Positions 49,824 through 60,784 of a DNA stretch of 64,000 nucleotides are shown here, piece after piece. Each line of letters starts with the position of its first letter. Position 1 is the first letter of the stretch. Below the pieces are notes generated by a model. It searched no databases. It worked only from the letters and a program-made list of their open reading frames with translations, and was not told the origin of the DNA. The translations under genes and the position numbers were made by a program. Location of the stretch: the NCBI GenBank assembly GCA_964497065.1, contig CAZCBW010000004.1:40207-104206 (forward strand). Direction: 5' to 3'. Source of the DNA: an uncultured Candidatus Brevefilum sp. Lineage in GTDB: Bacteria; Chloroflexota; Anaerolineae; Anaerolineales; Anaerolineaceae.

Positions 49824-50579
49824 TCATCTTGGCTGAGCGCTGTTGGGGCTGCTTGTGGTTGGCTTTTCAGCTTTATCTTTTTCCTTGGCAAGTTTACGTT
49901 CTAGGCGTTTTTCATCCAATATTGCTAATCTGCGAGCCTGAATCCCAGTATTGATCAAAAAGTAAAGCGCCATTAATATGGCCAATAAACTGACAATCAG
50001 CGTATATAAACTTGTCATCCCAACCAGGGGGAGATTGAAGAAAACATCCCCGATAAGGAAAATGGCAGTGTTGGCCAAAATTGCCAGCAGACGGATTTCG
50101 GTAGGCCCGATTTTTGCACTTGTAATTTCAAAAACCCCTGTCACATAAGTGATCAGGTAAACCATAATTGAAACCAACAGGTAAGCAATCGCACCCATAC
50201 TGGCAATTGCCAAATCGACATAAGGTGAAAGACCCAGCCCAATGAAGATCAGTACCGCACTGATGGCATCAACCCAATGATCAATTAAGAACCCGTATCG
50301 AGGCCTTTCAATATGGCGATATCTGGCCAGTGTTCCATCCAGGCTGTCACCAAACCAATTGAGGATGAATCCAAGACTTGCCAGCCACAAAAAATTTGGG
50401 CTGTAGTTAGTGAGGATATAACTTACAAAAATCAGGATAGATGCAAATATGCCCAAGCCTGTTAATGTATCTGGTGTGACCCATTTAGGCATATGTGCTG
50501 CCAGCCAATGCAAGGCTGGCCTTTCCAGAAATCCGAGAAGGATGTCATTCTCTCTTTGATGATTTTCAACTTTTGTCAT
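49824..50579 (-). CDS. CDP-alcohol phosphatidyltransferase family protein
   Basis: VTPDTLT; DSLDGTLAR......PRYG.L.DH..D (CDP-OH-P-transferase motif); GPTEIR. Confidence 0.9.
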   Translation of the reverse strand: MTKVENHQRENDILLGFLERPALHWLAAHMPKWVTPDTLTGLGIFASILIFVSYILTNYSPNFLWLASLGFILNWFGDSLDGTLARYRHIERPRYGFLIDHWVDAISAVLIFIGLGLSPYVDLAIASMGAIAYLLVSIMVYLITYVTGVFEITSAKIGPTEIRLLAILANTAIFLIGDVFFNLPLVGMTSLYTLIVSLLAILMALYFLINTGIQARRLAILDEKRLERKLAKEKDKAEKPTTSSPNSAQPR

Positions 50580-50598
50580 ATTAACCTTTCTTATTGAA

Positions 50599-51513
50599 TT
50601 AAATCCCTAGAAATTGAGGCCAGACCGGGTAGAACATCGCCCATTGATCTGAATATGTTTTTATTAATGATTCCGCTTCTTCCAGCACACGGTTGGCATT
50701 AGAAAGGATCTCTTTTTCGAGATCATTATTTGACTTCATCCATATTGGATCTGAACTTTCAAGCCGGTATCTACCTGATGGTTGAGATGTGGATGCCAGT
50801 ACGAATACTGGGGCGTTTGCTTCCTTTGCCATTCGTACATGGACAACTGGTAAATTAGCTTGATGTCCAAAAAAAGTCGGCACATATTTTTCAAGATGTT
50901 CACTACTGAGCGGCCGATCAAGTCCTGTCAGGATACTGCCGCCTTGTCGTAAACGAGCCCTTGCTTGCCGGAATGCTTGCATACTCATTGGTGTGACTTG
51001 AATGCCCAGATTTTTCCGCAGCTTATTTTGTTGTTTATAAGATATGTTTGGCTTTGGATAAGATAAAACCTGAACATCGACATTATGTAACGCCAACACA
51101 TATCCCATTAATTCGAAATTACTTAAATGTGGGCAAACAACAACGCAAGGTTGCTTGTTCTGGATTCGCTCCATCACAGACAAGGCTCTTGGACTAAGAT
51201 CAACTACACTTTGTAATTCTTCTGCCCGTGTTAAATAATAAAAGAAATCAAACATACATCGTGCTGCAGATCTAAAGACGGTCTCAGGTTTAGCATCCAG
51301 TTCTTCTTCAGTCAAATCTTTGTCATGGATAACCCATTGGTTGGCTCGAATTGCTTTCACCATGGCAATGCGTTTCATTTTACCTAACCTGGTGCCAACC
51401 CAATCTGCGAAAGATAAGCCATTATTCCGCGTCAGCGTTTTACCTAATATGAAGCCAATTTGAATTAAGATGGGCTGGTTTATAATGTTTCTGAATCTAA
51501 TCGGTTGGTTCAT
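50599..51513 (-). CDS. Lysophospholipid acyltransferase (LpxL/PatA-like)
   Basis: PHLSNFE (HxxxxE), LDRP, FFG..A.LP...R.A and YSDQWAMFYPVW motifs. Confidence 0.8.
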   Translation of the reverse strand: MNQPIRFRNIINQPILIQIGFILGKTLTRNNGLSFADWVGTRLGKMKRIAMVKAIRANQWVIHDKDLTEEELDAKPETVFRSAARCMFDFFYYLTRAEELQSVVDLSPRALSVMERIQNKQPCVVVCPHLSNFELMGYVLALHNVDVQVLSYPKPNISYKQQNKLRKNLGIQVTPMSMQAFRQARARLRQGGSILTGLDRPLSSEHLEKYVPTFFGHQANLPVVHVRMAKEANAPVFVLASTSQPSGRYRLESSDPIWMKSNNDLEKEILSNANRVLEEAESLIKTYSDQWAMFYPVWPQFLGI

Positions 51514-51696
51514 TGTTTATAAATTATGGAATAATGATTGATTAACTGGGATATCCCGACCCATCAATGGTTTATTATTGTACTTCAAAAACATATTATT
51601 TTCTCATAATGATTTGGTCGATAAGGTCTAAAGAAATTTTTTTAAACTAAAGCGTAACTTATAAAACTCAGATAAAATGTTTATCAGGTAACATAT

Positions 51697-53259
51697 ATGG
51701 ATATTTTTCCATGTTACCTGCTGACAGGCAGAACTATGAAATCAAAAAAAATCTTTGATAATTTATTTTATTCAATAGTAGTAGCTTTCAGCTCCCTGAT
51801 TTCTTTACTTCCAGTCAGTCCTTATTTTATGCCTTTAACAAATCGGGATTCGGGGGTTTTCCTGTATGTAGGTTGGAGAATATTATCAGGTGAGATTCCC
51901 TATAAACAAGTATGGGATCATAAACCTCCTATAATATTCTATATAAATGCTTTAGGTTTATCCATTACACCAGAAACAAGATGGGGTGTTTGGATTATTG
52001 AACTCGTGTTTCTTTTCACAGCTTTTATTATCGGATTTCTAATCTTAAAGAAGTTGTTTGGAATACTTCCTGCAATTTTTAGCCTTATTACCACAAGCCT
52101 AACATTGGCTTTTCTCATTCAAGGTGGGAATTTTACGACTGAATATATAATTCTGTTTCAATTCATCGTTTTTTGGATATTGTTTTTTATTCTCCCTAAG
52201 GAGAATAACTTTTTATGCTGGTTTCTAATTGGTTTAGTGGGTGGGTTGGCGTTTTTTACAAAGCAAACAGCCATTGGTCTTTGGATTGCTGTATTTATTA
52301 ATTTAGTCATTACTGCCAAAAATATATTTGATAAAAGTGCTGTAATTAAAAACGTGGCTGCATTTTTTTCAGGGGGTCTAATAATTACATTAATGATAAT
52401 TATTTATTTTTTGATAAATGGTGCTTTAAGTGATTTTGTTGATGCGGCTTTTAAATTTAATTTTTTCTACTCAACAACTATATCACGGGTTGCAACGAGG
52501 CTTTGGCCCATTATTATGGGAATTTATCCCCTGACAAAAACCGGTTTATTTCAATTCTCTTTAATAGGTTATTCAATTTGTATAGTAATGTTAATAAAAA
52601 AAGTTGCGATATTTTCTCAAAGAGAAACGTTTTTTAAAATATTGCTCATTGGCTTACCGATTGAGTTGTTGTTAATTGGTGCCTCAGGTTATTCGCACCC
52701 ACATTATTATATGACACTTGTACCGTATTTATTTATCTTTTCTGCAATTATTTTATTTTTTATTAAGCAGCAGTTTGAGGTTTACAAAATTTCAAATATT
52801 TACGCATCTGTATTTCAAATAAGTGTTATTGGAATTATTATATGGGGTGCTTTTTTTTCGTATTATGATCAGATTAAGGCATTTCGGGGGATAAGACAAG
52901 AAAGGCAAATGGTCATTGATTTTATTGTTAATCACACTGATCCTGATGATCATGTTCTTTTTTGGGGTGAAGAAACTATGATGAATTATTATACAAAAAG
53001 AAATAGCCCTACTCGATTTGTTTATCAAACGCCTTTATACACCCAAGGTTATGCCAATGAAGAGATGGTTATGGAATATTTAACCGATATAACTCTAAAT
53101 CAACCCAAAATCATAGTGGATACAGAGAATTTTCGAATTCCTTTTCTATCTTTTTTGTTTGACAGTCAAGAAATTAATGAAAAATTAGAAATGATAAGGA
53201 ACAATTATCAATCCACAACGGTTATTGGCAGCTGGACTATTTACCAGCGTGAAAAATAA
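51697..53259 (+). CDS. GT-C (ArnT/GT39-like) membrane glycosyltransferase
   Basis: RDSGVFLYVG..IL.GEIPYKQVWDHKPP.I, TTEY and F.TKQ motifs; many TM segments; visibly AT-rich. Confidence 0.75.
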   Translation: MDIFPCYLLTGRTMKSKKIFDNLFYSIVVAFSSLISLLPVSPYFMPLTNRDSGVFLYVGWRILSGEIPYKQVWDHKPPIIFYINALGLSITPETRWGVWIIELVFLFTAFIIGFLILKKLFGILPAIFSLITTSLTLAFLIQGGNFTTEYIILFQFIVFWILFFILPKENNFLCWFLIGLVGGLAFFTKQTAIGLWIAVFINLVITAKNIFDKSAVIKNVAAFFSGGLIITLMIIIYFLINGALSDFVDAAFKFNFFYSTTISRVATRLWPIIMGIYPLTKTGLFQFSLIGYSICIVMLIKKVAIFSQRETFFKILLIGLPIELLLIGASGYSHPHYYMTLVPYLFIFSAIILFFIKQQFEVYKISNIYASVFQISVIGIIIWGAFFSYYDQIKAFRGIRQERQMVIDFIVNHTDPDDHVLFWGEETMMNYYTKRNSPTRFVYQTPLYTQGYANEEMVMEYLTDITLNQPKIIVDTENFRIPFLSFLFDSQEINEKLEMIRNNYQSTTVIGSWTIYQREK

Positions 53260-53338
53260 TAAGTATTCAATCAAGATATTTGTTTGTTGATATGTATATA
53301 ACCGATTTCATTGACTAATTTTCAGTAAGGTTTTAAAA

Positions 53339-54463
53339 ATGAAAATTGCAGTAATATCCGCATCATTTGTTCCTTCAAATACAGCAAACAGCATCCAAAT
53401 GCTTAAATCAACTCAAGCATTGTTGGAATTGGGTCATGAAGTTGTCCTGTTTGTTCCGGGTATTAAAACAGTAGATTTTTCCACAATTCAATCACTGTAC
53501 GGCTTAAGGAAACAAATTGATATACGCTGGATAAAAGAAAACCTTGCCCTTAAACGTTATGATTTTGCACTAAAAGCAATTAAAGCAGCTCGTGAAACAA
53601 AACCAGATATGGTGTATACCTGGGTGCTGCAGGCAGGAGTATTAGCCCTGCAATATCATTTGCCAACCATCCTTGAATTGCATGACCGGGTTACCGGAAA
53701 ATTTGGCCCCTGGCTGTTAAAAAGATTCATTAAGGAGGATGTTTCCAGAAGAATATTAACAAATACTCAGGCGCTTCGTCAGGTGATCATATCTAAATTT
53801 AAAATTGAGAATTCAAAAAATGACATCATCACATCACCGAATGGTGTCGACCTTGAGCAGTTTATCGATTTGCCTTCTCCTGAAGAAGCCAGGAAAAATC
53901 TGGCTTTAAGAGGTGGTTTTACTGCTGGTTATACCGGGCATTTTTATAAAGGCCGCGGGATTTCATTATTGTTTGACCTGGCAAAAGCTTTATCCGAGAT
54001 CAATTTTCTTTGGGTCGGTGGAAGAGAACAAGATGTAGACCTCTGGAAAAATCGTGTTTCTGATACAGGGATTGAAAACATTCACATCGCTGGCTTTGTG
54101 GAGAATGCAGTTCTCCCGCAATACCAGGCAGCCTGTGAAGTCTTGATGATGCCATATGGCACGACGATTGAGGGCAGCGGTGGGGGTGATAATTCTGAAA
54201 TTGCCAGCCCGATGAAGATGTTTGAGTATATGGCGTCAGGCAGGGCAATCATCAGCAGCGACTTACCTGTGATAAAAGAAGTTTTGAATAAAGACATGGC
54301 AATTTTTTGCCCACCTGACAGCCTATCACACTGGAAACAAGCAGTATTAGACTTAAGGGTAGATTCAGAAAAAAGAAGTGCATTGGGTACAGTGGCCTCG
54401 GACGCAGTGAGAGAATATACTTGGAAAAAAAGGGCTGAACGAGCACTTGACGGTTTTGTATAA
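53339..54463 (+). CDS. Glycosyltransferase family 4
   Basis: TANSIQ, LELH, NGVDL, GYTGHFYKGRG and SPMKMFEYMASG.AII.SDLP motifs. Confidence 0.9.
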   Translation: MKIAVISASFVPSNTANSIQMLKSTQALLELGHEVVLFVPGIKTVDFSTIQSLYGLRKQIDIRWIKENLALKRYDFALKAIKAARETKPDMVYTWVLQAGVLALQYHLPTILELHDRVTGKFGPWLLKRFIKEDVSRRILTNTQALRQVIISKFKIENSKNDIITSPNGVDLEQFIDLPSPEEARKNLALRGGFTAGYTGHFYKGRGISLLFDLAKALSEINFLWVGGREQDVDLWKNRVSDTGIENIHIAGFVENAVLPQYQAACEVLMMPYGTTIEGSGGGDNSEIASPMKMFEYMASGRAIISSDLPVIKEVLNKDMAIFCPPDSLSHWKQAVLDLRVDSEKRSALGTVASDAVREYTWKKRAERALDGFV

Positions 54464-54495
54464 CCTAGACGCATTTTGGGTAAAATTAGAATCTT

Positions 54496-55842
54496 ATGAA
54501 TTGGTTTAAAAAAAATAAATTAAATGCATGGTTGAGTTTTGTGATAATTCTCGCAATTTTATTGCGGGTATGGTTATTTATTGCTTATCAACCGATAACC
54601 TATAGTGATTCGAACAGCTATCGCAGATCAGCCAATGCTGTTTTAGCAAGTTTTGATGGGTATGATGGTACTCGAACACCTGGATATCCGGTATTTATGG
54701 CGCTAATAGGTTCGGATCAAGCCATTTTTGTTAGTCAATTGATCTTGGGTTTTGTAATCACAGTGATCTGGTTCTATATAGGTTATAAGTCAACTGGTCA
54801 AGCTTACTTTGGTGGGTTGATGGCATTAGCTCATACGCTTAATCCGGGACAATTATTTTTTGAGGCTAATTTATTAACCGAAACGCTAACAACTTTTTTG
54901 TTGGCATTAGCTTTATTGGGTGGTTTTCTCTGGCTTTATGAACCAAAGGCACGAATAATATGGCTTGCATTAGGTATTGGGATTTTGTCTGGTTTAAGCG
55001 CATTAACCCGCCCTCTTTTTATTTTTGTGCCGTTTCTACTGGCAGCTTTTTTGGGCTTAGAAATCAAGAATAAAAAAATTAAAATAGATTGGAAGTTTAG
55101 CGTCAGTATCCTATTCCCGGCATTGACATTAATTGTAGGCTGGATGATGTGGGTAAACTCGAATTTTAATACTTTCAGCTTGACGACGATGACAGGGTAT
55201 CACCTGGTACAGCATACCGGCTATTATTTTGAATCTGTACCTGATGAATATGCTGATTTAAGGGATACTTATTTAGAATACCGTGATGAACGTATCAAGG
55301 AGCGTGGAAGCCAAGGTAATGCTATTTGGGATGCTATCCCGGCGATGCAAGCAGCCACCGGGATGAGTTTTTATCAACTTTCAAGAACTTTACAACGCAT
55401 ATCCATAGATTTGATCTTGCAGAATCCTTTTGCTTATCTCAGTCGTGTGGCTCGGGGTTGGTGGTTTTTCTGGCGTGCTCCTGTTTACTGGGACCAAACA
55501 GTTTTCAGATCGTCAGCTTTTGCAACATTCTTAGGGTGGGGTATTTTAACTGTGCGCGGGATGCTTTTCCTAGTTAACATAGGATTTATAATATCTTCGA
55601 TATTATTATTGATATTCACTCGTTTTCGACACCATTTTAATCTCACCACATTTCATTGGTTATTGGCGGCATCGATATGGGCTGCCTCAATCCTTTCTTC
55701 GCTGCTTGATCATGGTGATAACCCTCGTTTCCTAATCCCTTTACAAACCGTTGTGGTTTTTTGGACGCTTTGGATAGCAACAAAAATATATTTAATCATT
55801 CAGCAAAAGATAAAAGCTGGAGTGATTGATAAACATGAATAA
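54496..55842 (+). CDS. GT-C-like polytopic membrane protein
   Basis: DS.SY, RTPGYP.F, LLTETL, L.ALTRP and NPRFLIP pattern. Confidence 0.65.
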   Translation: MNWFKKNKLNAWLSFVIILAILLRVWLFIAYQPITYSDSNSYRRSANAVLASFDGYDGTRTPGYPVFMALIGSDQAIFVSQLILGFVITVIWFYIGYKSTGQAYFGGLMALAHTLNPGQLFFEANLLTETLTTFLLALALLGGFLWLYEPKARIIWLALGIGILSGLSALTRPLFIFVPFLLAAFLGLEIKNKKIKIDWKFSVSILFPALTLIVGWMMWVNSNFNTFSLTTMTGYHLVQHTGYYFESVPDEYADLRDTYLEYRDERIKERGSQGNAIWDAIPAMQAATGMSFYQLSRTLQRISIDLILQNPFAYLSRVARGWWFFWRAPVYWDQTVFRSSAFATFLGWGILTVRGMLFLVNIGFIISSILLLIFTRFRHHFNLTTFHWLLAASIWAASILSSLLDHGDNPRFLIPLQTVVVFWTLWIATKIYLIIQQKIKAGVIDKHE

Positions 55843-57409
55843 ATTAAAAATATTCAACCAACCAGCAGCTCATTTAGTGATCATCGCACTTATCAGCATA
55901 CTTTTTGGTGCAGGTATGCAATCAATAATTGGGATTGGTCAATTCCTACCCGGTTTTTTTGCGGGAACAGTGCTTTTATTTTTTGCCAGCTGTTTATTAT
56001 ATTTTGCTTGGCGTTATGCTGGCAAGGGCAAATTACTGGTAATTGTGATGATGTTAGCATTTATTGTGCGAGTAGTTTATAGTGTCTTCCTTTTTTGGGG
56101 TTTGCCACAATATGGATATGAAACTTTTACGCAAAGGGCAGGGTTTGTTTACGAAGATGCATTTCGTAGAGAAAGGCATGCGTGGGATTTAGCAAACTCC
56201 GAAGGTCCAATAGCTCAAGCCTTTCAGGATGTTTATGAGACGGACCAATATGGTGGATTATTGGCTTTAAGTGCATTTGTCTATCGCTATATCAGCCCTG
56301 ACGCTTTCCGTCCGTATTTGATTTCGATATTGGCGGCGGCAGCAATGTCTCTAAGCATTGCCTTTTTAATGGCTGCTCTTAAAACCCGGTTTCCTACCAA
56401 TGCAGCAAATTGGGCGGGCTGGATACTGGCTTTATACCCTGAGGGGATATTGCTCAGTGCTTCACAAATGCGAGAGCCGTTTATCATTCTCTTATTTACC
56501 GTTCTCTTTTGGGCTGTGATGAATCTGATTCATGGAAGAATCAGTAAGTTGTCAATTCTATCTGTGATTTTAAGCGCACTATTTTTGATGGCATTTTCCT
56601 TCAGGGTTGGCGGTTTAATAATCGGGTTTATGGTTTCATTTGTTTGGGTGGTAATATCACCGAAAATTCCCAGGCTTTGGGTACGAATAACTGGCTGGAT
56701 ATTAATGGTGGTTGCACTGGGTATAGCCTTCTGGGCTATTCGGGATTGGATGAGTGAAGTCATTCAATGGGATGCTTTGATGACAGTAAGCAGATCTGGT
56801 CGGATACAATTCCAGTTATCTGAGCTGCCAGAATTTTTACATTTTCCGTTTATTTTTATATATGGTCTGTTGCAGCCAGTTTTACCTGCGGCTGTAGCTG
56901 CCCCTGCGCCTTGGATCTGGCAAAGCCTGGGTATTTTTCGGGCGTTGGGTTGGTATTTAATGCTGCCGACTTTGTTCTATGCGATAATCCAGTTATGGAG
57001 ATTGAAACCAAGCATGACAAAACGGATTTTGTTGGCGTTGACCATCCTGGTTTTGGCTGCCATTTTTATAGCTTCTGCTAGAGCAGGTGGTGACCAATGG
57101 GATAATCCCCGATATCGGACAGCATTTTTACCCTGGATGGCCATTATCTCAGCCTGGGCAATAAATCATGCTTGTGTTACAAAAGATCGTTGGTTAGCAA
57201 GAGGTTTTGCTATTGAAGGCATTTTTATTTTAGTCTTCACACAATGGTACTTAAGTCGTTATTATCGCTTTATGCCCCGTTTGAACTTATGGTTGAATGT
57301 TGGTTCAATACTTATCCTGAGCCTTGCGATCATTATTTTTGGGTGGGTCAAGGATCGAAAAAGGTATCAATTAACTGAGAAGAATGATTATTCTGGACAA
57401 GAAAAATAA
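55835..57409 (+). CDS. Polytopic membrane protein (GT-C or polymerase-like)
   Basis: More than 10 TM segments; YPEGILL...MREP; DQWDNPRYR. Confidence 0.55.
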   Translation: MNKLKIFNQPAAHLVIIALISILFGAGMQSIIGIGQFLPGFFAGTVLLFFASCLLYFAWRYAGKGKLLVIVMMLAFIVRVVYSVFLFWGLPQYGYETFTQRAGFVYEDAFRRERHAWDLANSEGPIAQAFQDVYETDQYGGLLALSAFVYRYISPDAFRPYLISILAAAAMSLSIAFLMAALKTRFPTNAANWAGWILALYPEGILLSASQMREPFIILLFTVLFWAVMNLIHGRISKLSILSVILSALFLMAFSFRVGGLIIGFMVSFVWVVISPKIPRLWVRITGWILMVVALGIAFWAIRDWMSEVIQWDALMTVSRSGRIQFQLSELPEFLHFPFIFIYGLLQPVLPAAVAAPAPWIWQSLGIFRALGWYLMLPTLFYAIIQLWRLKPSMTKRILLALTILVLAAIFIASARAGGDQWDNPRYRTAFLPWMAIISAWAINHACVTKDRWLARGFAIEGIFILVFTQWYLSRYYRFMPRLNLWLNVGSILILSLAIIIFGWVKDRKRYQLTEKNDYSGQEK

Positions 57410-57679
57410 CCTATCTTGTGATTAGTTTGGACATCGCTAAAATTCGTTGAGATATCTGGCGAACTTTTACTTGAAGATTACGGGTAAAATTGGAATTGTC
57501 TAAAAATCCGTAACTTATGCCCACCTAATAAAACATTTCTTGTTTGACTGAATATGAATGATCGCATTATTACATCATAAATAATTTGTAAAACAATCTC
57601 AAACCTTAGATGGAATAGTTGTGGTAACGTAATACCTGCTGCGTATAATGGATGGTAGTGCTATCAAGGAGTTTGTTGA

Positions 57680-58633
<954 letters not shown>

Positions 58634-58642
58634 GAGTGTTCA

Positions 58643-59494
58643 TTGATGGAAAGAACTAAAGAACAATCCAGTTCAATGCCAGTTACCTATTTAAGGCCAT
58701 CAAAAGGCTGGCTCTCAATTGACATGCCAGAATTATGGCGTTATCGGGAGTTAATATTTTTCTTAACCTGGCGTGATATCAAAGTGCGCTATAAACAGGC
58801 AGTTTTGGGGGTTGCATGGGCGGTATTACAGCCATTATTGACCGTTTTGATTTTTACGATCGTGTTCGGAGTTCTGTTGAGCACACCTTCATCGGATCTT
58901 CCATATCCCTTGTTCGCATTTTCGGCCTTATTGCCATGGCAATTATTTGCATCAGCACTGCAGCGGTCAAGTGTAAGCCTGGTTGGTAATGCAAATTTGA
59001 TCACCAAAATTTATTTTCCTCGATTGGCAATCCCTCTTTCTTCGGTTTTTGCTGCATTAGTTGATTTTGGGGTTTCATTCTTAGTATTAATTGGCATGAT
59101 GATTTATTACCAATTTTGGCCAGGTTGGAATATCCTTTGGTTAGTGCCGATTTTGATCATGGTCATTTTCACGGCACTCTCTGTTGGTTTGTGGTTGTCC
59201 GCTTTTAATGTGCAATACCGAGATGTTCAGCACATGGTGCCATTTATCATCCAGGTGTGGATGTATGCATCACCGATTGTCTATCCGATTGATATCATCC
59301 CAGAAGGTATCTGGCGATTATTATATGGTCTTAACCCAATGGTGGGGATCATTCAGGGATTCCGTTGGGCATTATTGGGCGCAGATCAACCTGACCTGAC
59401 CATGCTGATTTCAATTGTAGTTGTAATCGTACTTTTGGTGGGCGGCTTATATTATTTTCGCAGAATGGAAAAAACTTTTGCAGACATTGTATAG
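58643..59494 (+). CDS. wzm: Polysaccharide ABC exporter permease
   Basis: ELWRYREL...RDIKVRYKQ.VLG.AW, LITKIYFPR, YRDV, YASPIVYP and NPM.GII.GFR motifs. Confidence 0.93.
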   Translation: MMERTKEQSSSMPVTYLRPSKGWLSIDMPELWRYRELIFFLTWRDIKVRYKQAVLGVAWAVLQPLLTVLIFTIVFGVLLSTPSSDLPYPLFAFSALLPWQLFASALQRSSVSLVGNANLITKIYFPRLAIPLSSVFAALVDFGVSFLVLIGMMIYYQFWPGWNILWLVPILIMVIFTALSVGLWLSAFNVQYRDVQHMVPFIIQVWMYASPIVYPIDIIPEGIWRLLYGLNPMVGIIQGFRWALLGADQPDLTMLISIVVVIVLLVGGLYYFRRMEKTFADIV

Positions 59495-59500
59495 GATCAT

Positions 59501-60784
59501 ATGTCAGATATCGCATTAAGGGTAGAAAACATCTCAAAACAGTACCGGATTGGTTTGGCACAATCTCGTCCAGACACATTGCGGGATCTTTTAGTTAACC
59601 AGGCGAATAAAGCAAGGCGCATATTCTCAAAAAAGAATCAGCAAACTGAAGATAACCTCAGTCATATTTGGGCTCTTCGTGATATTTCTTTTGAAGTCGA
59701 GCGAGGCCAAGTTCTTGGCATCATTGGGCGCAATGGCGCAGGGAAAAGCACATTATTAAAAATTCTCTCACGAGTGACAGACCCAACAGAAGGTTATGGA
59801 GAAATCAACGGACGAGTTGGTTCCTTATTGGAAGTTGGAACCGGCTTTCATCCAGAGCTTTCAGGACGAGAAAATATCTACCTGAATGGGGCGATTCTTG
59901 GGATGCATCGGGAAGAAATCAACCGAAAATTTGATGATATTGTAGATTTTTCTGAAGTAGGCAAGTTCATTGATACACCTGTGAAGCGGTTTTCAAGCGG
60001 TATGTATTTGCGGCTCGCATTTGCTGTAGCGGCACATCTTGAGCCTGAGATATTAGTGGTGGATGAAGTTTTGGCCGTAGGTGATGCTGAATTTCAAAGG
60101 AAATGCCTTGGCAAAATGAGTGACGTAGCACAAGAAGGCAGGACGGTGTTATTCGTCAGTCATAATATGTCTGCAATTCTAAGGTTGACCCAAGAGACGA
60201 TTGTGCTGGATGGCGGCAAATTGGTCATGCGCGCACCCACTGCAGAGGCTGTGGATCATTATTTAAATATGGGGTTAACGAAACAAGGCGAGCGAAATTG
60301 GTCTGAGGAAACAATTGATATTACTTCGCCTTTCAAACCAATCGCTTTAAGAATCTTAAACCTGCAAAACCAGGTTGTTGATACTGTCAATTCATCGGAT
60401 GGGTTTTATATTGAAATTGAATATGAATTAACAGAATCGATTACTGGTTTACGTGTCGGGTTATATATGATGACAACCCGGGGTGAATATGTGTTTACAT
60501 CTTTTGATACTGATAATACAGAATTATATGAAGAATATGGAGAACGTCTAAAAGGGCGTTATATCAGCCGCTGCTTAATGCCACCAGATTTAATGAACGA
60601 AGGACGATATATTTTAGGTGTCAACGCCAGCGTCTATCGAATTCAGCGGTATTTCCAGGATGATAAAGCATTAACTTTCACTGTGGATGCCATTGGGGCA
60701 CCTGGTATGCAATGGCCAGAAAAACGACTGGGTCCTGTAAGGCCAAAGCTGAATTGGTTAATTGAAGATATTGAGAGAAAGTAG
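59501..60784 (+). CDS. wzt: Polysaccharide ABC exporter ATPase with C-terminal carbohydrate-binding domain
   Basis: GRNGAGKST, LLEVGTGFHPELSGREN, PVKRFSSGM.LRLAF, VDEVLAVGD and Wzt_C-like extension. Confidence 0.94.
   Translation: MSDIALRVENISKQYRIGLAQSRPDTLRDLLVNQANKARRIFSKKNQQTEDNLSHIWALRDISFEVERGQVLGIIGRNGAGKSTLLKILSRVTDPTEGYGEINGRVGSLLEVGTGFHPELSGRENIYLNGAILGMHREEINRKFDDIVDFSEVGKFIDTPVKRFSSGMYLRLAFAVAAHLEPEILVVDEVLAVGDAEFQRKCLGKMSDVAQEGRTVLFVSHNMSAILRLTQETIVLDGGKLVMRAPTAEAVDHYLNMGLTKQGERNWSEETIDITSPFKPIALRILNLQNQVVDTVNSSDGFYIEIEYELTESITGLRVGLYMMTTRGEYVFTSFDTDNTELYEEYGERLKGRYISRCLMPPDLMNEGRYILGVNASVYRIQRYFQDDKALTFTVDAIGAPGMQWPEKRLGPVRPKLNWLIEDIERK

Noticed and set aside
57650-57662. ops/JUMPstart-like site before fcl (GGATGGTAGTGCT)
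   Set aside because: Only a partial match to GGCGGTAG, it directly follows a TATAAT box, and there is no evidence of RfaH here.
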